Below, one piece after another: positions 58,911 to 64,000 of a DNA stretch of 64,000 nucleotides (within the stretch, counting starts at the first letter, position 1; each line of letters opens with the position of its first letter). The notes beneath the pieces are model-generated. The model saw nothing but the letters and a program-made list of their open reading frames with translations. It was not told the DNA's origin and searched no databases. The translations under genes and the position numbers were made by a program. The stretch is from the human T2T-CHM13v2.0 reference genome, Homo sapiens, in the NCBI RefSeq assembly GCF_009914755.1, contig NC_060939.1. One strand, 5' to 3'.

Positions 58911-61900
58911 CAAAGAGATCTGGTTATTTTTGTGGCATACAAGATTTAACATTACGATTATGACTGGTAACATAAACCAAGACATATCAGATTTCTAGGA
59001 CTCGCGTACTATTTTGGAACACATATTACACATTTATACAAATATAACTCAAGGAAAACTAAACACCATTTTGTATTTGCCAATGCTTCCCATGTGATTT
59101 TAACATACTGAGTATGCCTAATACGTCTCTCTGGACCTTCCAAAGGCCCTTCTGGAATGTTCAAAAGTAGTTCAAGGTTGAAAAGACTTAATTTAGAATT
59201 TGAAATTTGATTTTGAAGTCTTTTAAAAATGTTCAAAAGACTTGATCAAAAGTAGAATCACAGGTCATTGTGAAACAATCATTTGTTTAACCAAAGTGAT
59301 AATTTAGAGATTTCAAAAAGCTAAAACCTTTACTCTTTGATAGACGGGAGACTCAGTTTTCCAAATAATCAAAAGACACAGTAAAAACAGCATGAAGCAT
59401 ATATAATCTGTTCCTTTCCCTCCCTTCTTTTTTTTTTTTTTTGCAGTTTACTCAAAAAGTGAACAAAATCTTTTTTTGTCAATATTTGTAAATCTTGCTT
59501 GCAAGAGACAACCAAAATTTATTTTTGCATCAGTATCAATGCTAAAGCTAATTTTAATGAAATCTTATAAATAAACCTATCCTGTATAGTCAGCTTTGAC
59601 CACATATGATACAATTTTTATAAACTTTTATAACCTCTTAAAGTTTTATTTTATTCTTTTTCAACTTTTTATATTTATTCAGTTTTATCTATACCATCTT
59701 TTTATTTCTTCATTTGGGAACAACTTTTAAATAACCTCTAAAGTAGACAAAATAATCTTTTTAAACAAAAACCACATCCTTATGCCTTTTTAATAATCTT
59801 CCTCACCAAAAACATTTCCTACCCTCCCTGTACGTGTTGTATACAGAATTATTTCCTTTATTTCTGGTAGTTTTGATTACATATTCTAATTATACTTTTA
59901 ACTCTTAGTAACCTTAATTTTCAGTGAAAAACCTGAAAAGTAAGCAACTTAATTGCTGTGTACCAAAACATTTTATAAATATATATTTTATAATTTTTAG
60001 AAACAGCCTTTTCTGTAGAACAGTTTTTTAATGTGGAAGACGGCATATTTACTAGTAAGTTTATTCTTTCTTTGTGAAATAAAAAGCCAAAAGTATGTAA
60101 GCTTAAACTTATGTTTAATAATTAATGTTTTAGTATTTTAATTTATTTAGATATGACACAGACATTTCATGCTAATCTATTATTTAACATAACATGACTT
60201 TAAGATTTTAAATTACTGAAAAGATTTTTTTGAACTGACACATTTGTCTATAAATGTTTATCCCATTCATATTTACCTAATTTACTTGTTCTTAACAATT
60301 ACATCTTAATTGCTTATGGGGAACAAAACTAGCCATTTAAGTTAACTTTTTTTCTTTGTTTTTTTTTTTTTTGGTTTGTTTGTTTGTTTTGCAAAAGCAA
60401 AACCAGTCTATCCTTGTACTAGCCAGTGTCATATTAACTAAGGCCTCTGAGATACTGGACATAGACACCCTCCCCAGTGTGTCCCCTGAGTCATCCTGGG
60501 TCGCAGGTACTCATTGGGCACACAGGTGGCTATGAAGGGCAGGGCCTGTCTGTTCTGGATTCACATACTAGGTACAGAGCCCAGGACAAAGGAAACAGCT
60601 GTGAAGATGATGCCAGGAGGATCCAACCCTTCCCAACATGGCCAGGAGACAGAGTTGGGCCAGGAATGATGGGGCCATGTTAGGCTGGGCCCTGCCCTGT
60701 AGCTGATGGCCCAGGTGCTGCACACACACATATCCCCAGGCCTCACCATGGCCACCTTTCTACACCTCAAAATCCAGAGGCTCAAAACCAAAGGCATAAG
60801 CTCACAGCAAGATGTATACAGAACTTTGGGGAACCCCATTAGCCGGCCCTTAGAGCTTTAGCTCACAGACAAAACAAACAAGCATCAAAAATTATTACAA
60901 AAGCAATAGTTTTATTACACTAAAACATCAAGCAGAGACAGCATAAGTCTGTCTGACAGACCTAGGCAAAATGTCCTAATTAAATTCTGAAGCCATTTTT
61001 ATGTTATTTTACCAACAATTTTAAAGCTAGCTTTATTTACCAAAGGCTTATTAATGTCAACCTGAACCTAAAAAAGCATTTGGGCTTATTTACTTGATTT
61101 ATGAGTATTTACGTATTTCTAAATCGGTACCATCTAAACAACATACAAACACATGTATACACATATGCATACATGTAAACATAGCATGTAACACACATTA
61201 TGTACACAGAAGCCAAAGAGATGAAGCAGATCAGTGCAAAAGAGCAGAGCTTTAGACCTGAGAGGAACCTGCCCACGAGTTTTGGAGTGTTATGAGGAAG
61301 ACAGGGAATCCCAAAACAAAAAGAGGTCAGTGGTCCCTTTTTTTTTTTTTTTTTTTTTTTTTAAAATTTCTGAAGGGGTTTAAGGATTGATAGAAGTCTC
61401 CTCTAGATCTCTTCATGTAGTATTGAAGGTGGCAAAAGGAAGTAGGGGCAAAAGTAGTTGGAAGAATGAGTTGTAGAGGAGATAGTTTAGCGTGGAGGGA
61501 TGAAGTTTTCCAAAAGGCCTGTGAAGTTTTAGTTACCAGGGGTTTGAGAAAAGGGAATCTAGCTGACTAAAAAGTTCTTATGGGAGAACAATATCCAAAA
61601 GAGAACGGAGAAGCTTAAAAAAAGTGCAGTCTGAATGTCAGCTTTTAATGAAGCTGATTTCTAACCATTTCTAACCACAGACCTTTCTTTTTGAAACAAT
61701 CCTTTACAATTTCTTATTATTAGATTTCAATGGGGACAAACAGCACATATTCTGGGTTTTTAATTTTTTAAAAAACTAAAAGCATCTATCAGGTGATTCT
61801 GAATGCAAATCAATAAGCCTTTTATGACTTAACCAAGAATGTATGATTCATCTCTAAAGAGGTGCAAAGAAACAGTCCTCCCAAGACCCGGAGCCACCCG

Positions 61901-63485
61901 CTAAGACAGTTAGAAGAAAAAAGAAACTTAAAGATGAGCTGCACAACAGTAGCTGTTCATGGGAGGGAAAAGGATCAATGACAAATGTGTGCTCCAAAAA
62001 GTCAAGAGTCAAACAAATATAAATTCAAAACAAGTAATTAAAACAAATCCTTATAAATGTTTCATTTTTTTTTTCTTCTTAGTTAAAGGATTTATATCTC
62101 CAAGGGACTGGTTCTCTGACTGGGAAACCAACCCCAGACAGAGCAGAGAAAGTTCAGAATCCTAGTCACTAAACTACAGGCCAGAGTGTCTTTTTTGCAA
62201 ATTCCTCAAAGGCTCCAAAGCAGACAGTTTACATGTACAAAGGATTTTAACATTGTTTTAGATCTGATTTCTGCCTTTTAAAAATCTTGCCAAGGGAGTT
62301 TTTAGGCTATCTTTCTTTTGTTTCTTTTCATAGGTACCAATAAGATAGTTGTTTAAGACTATAGCTCTCTAAAGAGTAGTCTTTTAAATTTAGAGAATTT
62401 CTTTATCTCATAAGTGACTCAAGCCAAAAAGGCTTTTTTCATGGAAAGTCCCTGAGGTAACTTTCCGGGTTTAGAATACGACAGGCAAAATTGGCATCTT
62501 TTTTTAAATGGGTGCGAAAGATGCAGCCTTCATGATCCTCCCCAAAATTTACTCCCAGAAATAAGCTAAGATAGCAGATCTCTGTTGCCACAGGCGGTTA
62601 AGGATGGTGTAGCTGGTCTCCCTATGAGCACATGGACACGTGGCCACATGGGGGTGCCTCTAGTCACAGACCTGCCAACCTGTGACGCCTGTGACACAGG
62701 GCAGGCACTTCAGGGATTAGACTTTCCCAGCACTAACCAGGCAACAAAGATGGAAGCAACAGAAGCCCTTCATGGATAGAACTCCTTTTAGGACAGACTC
62801 CACTGACAGCTTGGCACATTTGGGGAGAAAAAGAGAGTGCTGCTTAAAATTTGACATGGCTCAGGATTCCCAGTGCTTTTAGACTAGCTACTGGACGTGA
62901 CCTGAAAATCACACCCCCAGAGGCAGAGACCAAGGGAGAATGCTCCCTCTTGGTTACAAGTCAACTCTGAAGGGCATAAAGCAAGACGAAAGGAGACCCT
63001 CATCCGGTTTTCATTTCAGGGACCCACAGCACAGTTTGTCTTAAATAGATGCGGGTCTGATGAGAACCATAAAACTCACCAGTCTGTGGAGGTCAGCTCA
63101 GACAATGGGCTTATAGGGGTTTTAGGCCTATGTTCTATCCTACTTCTACCCTGTGATACCCTTATTTATGACAAAACAAAACAGGAAGACAAAGACGAAG
63201 GAAAAAACAAAGACTATTTCTGGAAAGAGAAGGATTAGATAATATGAATATTCATAATAAAAATACACCAGAGCTGCTATACTCAATGCTAGTCAAACAA
63301 GTGCTTTTCTCCCATTAATCTTAAATTTGGAAAGGAAAATGAGACAGTTATTTTTACCACCTACTTAACCAGATTTCACAAAGAGTGACCAAGAGTGACT
63401 GATAAGAATTTCTCCCCTTTGGCTGGCATATCAGGTCTGGGGTTCCCTCGAATCTGGCTTCCAGAAGAGCAGAGTGGTTTCGGTT

Positions 63486-63503
63486 ATCCTGTTCACAGCA
63501 CCT
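63486..63503 (-). other. Primer-binding site, tRNA-Ser(CGA)-like
   Basis: Minus strand AGGTGCTGTGAACAGGAT versus TGGCGCTGTGAGCAGGAT (15/18), 4 nt after the 5' LTR. Confidence 0.6.
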
Positions 63504-63851
63504 CATCTGTAGGGACCAAGGGAAAGCTTCCCCCTTTACTTTCTGGAGGTTTGTGAATATCAACAAAAGACAGATTAATAAGAAAAAAAAGCATACAAAA
63601 TTTATTCTAACATGCATAGCACGGGGGAATTGCAGGAGAATGAATGCCCAGCAACCCAATGGAAATGTTTATACACCCTTTTTCATAAGGCAATTGGAGA
63701 TGAGGGAAATGTGGCAATTTGAGGGATAGTAACATTTTTACGGGGAAATGAATGGACTTGGAGAACACGCAGTGACCTGGGACAAAGTCTCTTGGGCCCA
63801 CAGAGCAGACAATGGCTGGTAAATGATTCTTTTTGAAATACTGAATGGGAC

Positions 63852-64000
63852 TGTGTTCATTTGTTTTTGCACTGCTATAAAGAAGACACCTGAGGCTGGG
63901 TAATTTATAAAGAAAAGAGGTTTATTTGGCTCATGGTTCTGCAGGCTGTACAGGAAGCATGGTGTTGGCATCTGCTCAGCTTCTGGTAAGGCCTCAAGAA
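63852..64000 (-). mobile_element. MSTA/MSTB MaLR LTR (partial) inserted into the MER34-type LTR
   Basis: GCTATAAAGAA..ACCTGAGGCTGGGTAATTTATAAAGAAAAGAGGTTTATTTGGCTCATGGTTCTGCAGGCTGTACAGGAAGCATGG. Confidence 0.85.

Overview
This is mammalian, almost certainly human or great-ape, genomic DNA. The Alu, L1PA, THE1 and MER57/MER34 content points to a primate, and nothing in the window is prokaryotic. The window is nearly all intron of a + strand gene. It holds one 137-nt coding exon (43669-43805; VKGNRKCELNCQAMGYRFYVRQAEKVIDGTPCDQNGTAICVSGQCK), which I recognise as the ADAMTS cysteine-rich module of THSD4/ADAMTSL6. The rest is layered transposon sequence. It includes a 5'-truncated antisense L1PA4-6 with an open 338-aa ORF1 and two two-LTR MER4-group ERV1 proviruses (MER57-type and MER34-type) with recognisable tRNA primer-binding sites. 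It also includes an internally deleted L1MA, several solo LTRs, about 17 Alu copies or fragments (some nested or inverted), MITEs (MER53, MADE1, Tigger3a, MER5A), MIR/L2 relics and microsatellites. I find no convincing novel gene system. The best leads are regulatory or RNA-structural: an L1 antisense promoter aimed down the host gene, inverted Alus bracketing the exon, a near-adjacent inverted Alu pair, a DUX4-to-AP-1 motif change in a sense THE1 LTR, and a collapsed MADE1 hairpin. Subfamily names come from my memory of consensus sequences and need RepeatMasker/Dfam confirmation.
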